A DNA stretch of 63,874 nt, the filler included, from Phoronis australis (Eukaryota; Animalia; Phoronida), in NCBI GenBank assembly GCA_002633005.1. It is 8 parts of 8 records of this genome, joined end to end, with 100 filler letters (N's around TTAATTAATTAA, not from the genome) between each part and the next. Parts side by side here need not be neighbours in the genome. Positions count along the whole stretch, not along the records: positions 59,788 to 63,874 come from NMRA01002707.1; 7 more parts are not named here. The stretch is one strand, 5' to 3'. Numbering within the stretch: the first letter of the stretch is position 1; each line of letters opens with the position of its first letter. The notes under the pieces are model-generated. The model had not been told where the DNA came from and ran no database searches. It saw only the letters and a program-made list of their open reading frames with translations. The translations under genes and the position numbers were made by a program. This document shows positions 63,837-63,874 of the stretch, piece by piece.

Positions 63837-63874
63837 AGTGGCGGATTTAGAAGGGGGCCACGCCCCCCCCCCCC
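63837..63874 (+). mobile_element. Start of a CAGTGGCGGAT-type hAT terminus
   Basis: cagtggcggatttagaaggggg-ccacg-ccccc hairpin at the window edge. Confidence 0.5.

Overview
Eukaryotic (most likely marine invertebrate) draft-assembly DNA: AT-rich, intron-rich and dense in repeats, with many gaps. Most ORF-track entries are spurious; the real coding sequence is spliced exons on the minus strand. (1) A membrane receptor guanylyl cyclase at 2540-21712 has the C-terminal part of an ANF-receptor ectodomain, a TM helix, a kinase-homology domain, a coiled coil and an intact cyclase core; its 3' end runs off the left edge. (2) Directly upstream on the same strand (25188-34172) is a phase-consistent exon chain encoding a signal-peptide-like N-terminus, two LRP/nidogen-type YWTD beta-propellers and three EGF modules, with no TM and no stop. 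The two halves are complementary and separated by one gap of unknown size, which suggests a single unusual YWTD-EGF/ANF/KHD/GC receptor. This is the main candidate novelty and is not proven. (3) A TPX2 gene lies at 46894-58391 with some exons lost in gaps. The remainder is an L1/Tx1-like LINE relic, Academ-like and hAT transposase relics, a THAP relic, two tRNA-SINE copies, several MITEs, satellites (one carrying about 12 co-oriented CTCF-like motifs), a likely haplotype-derived tandem duplication of two GC exons, and artificial TTAATTAATTAA gap linkers.
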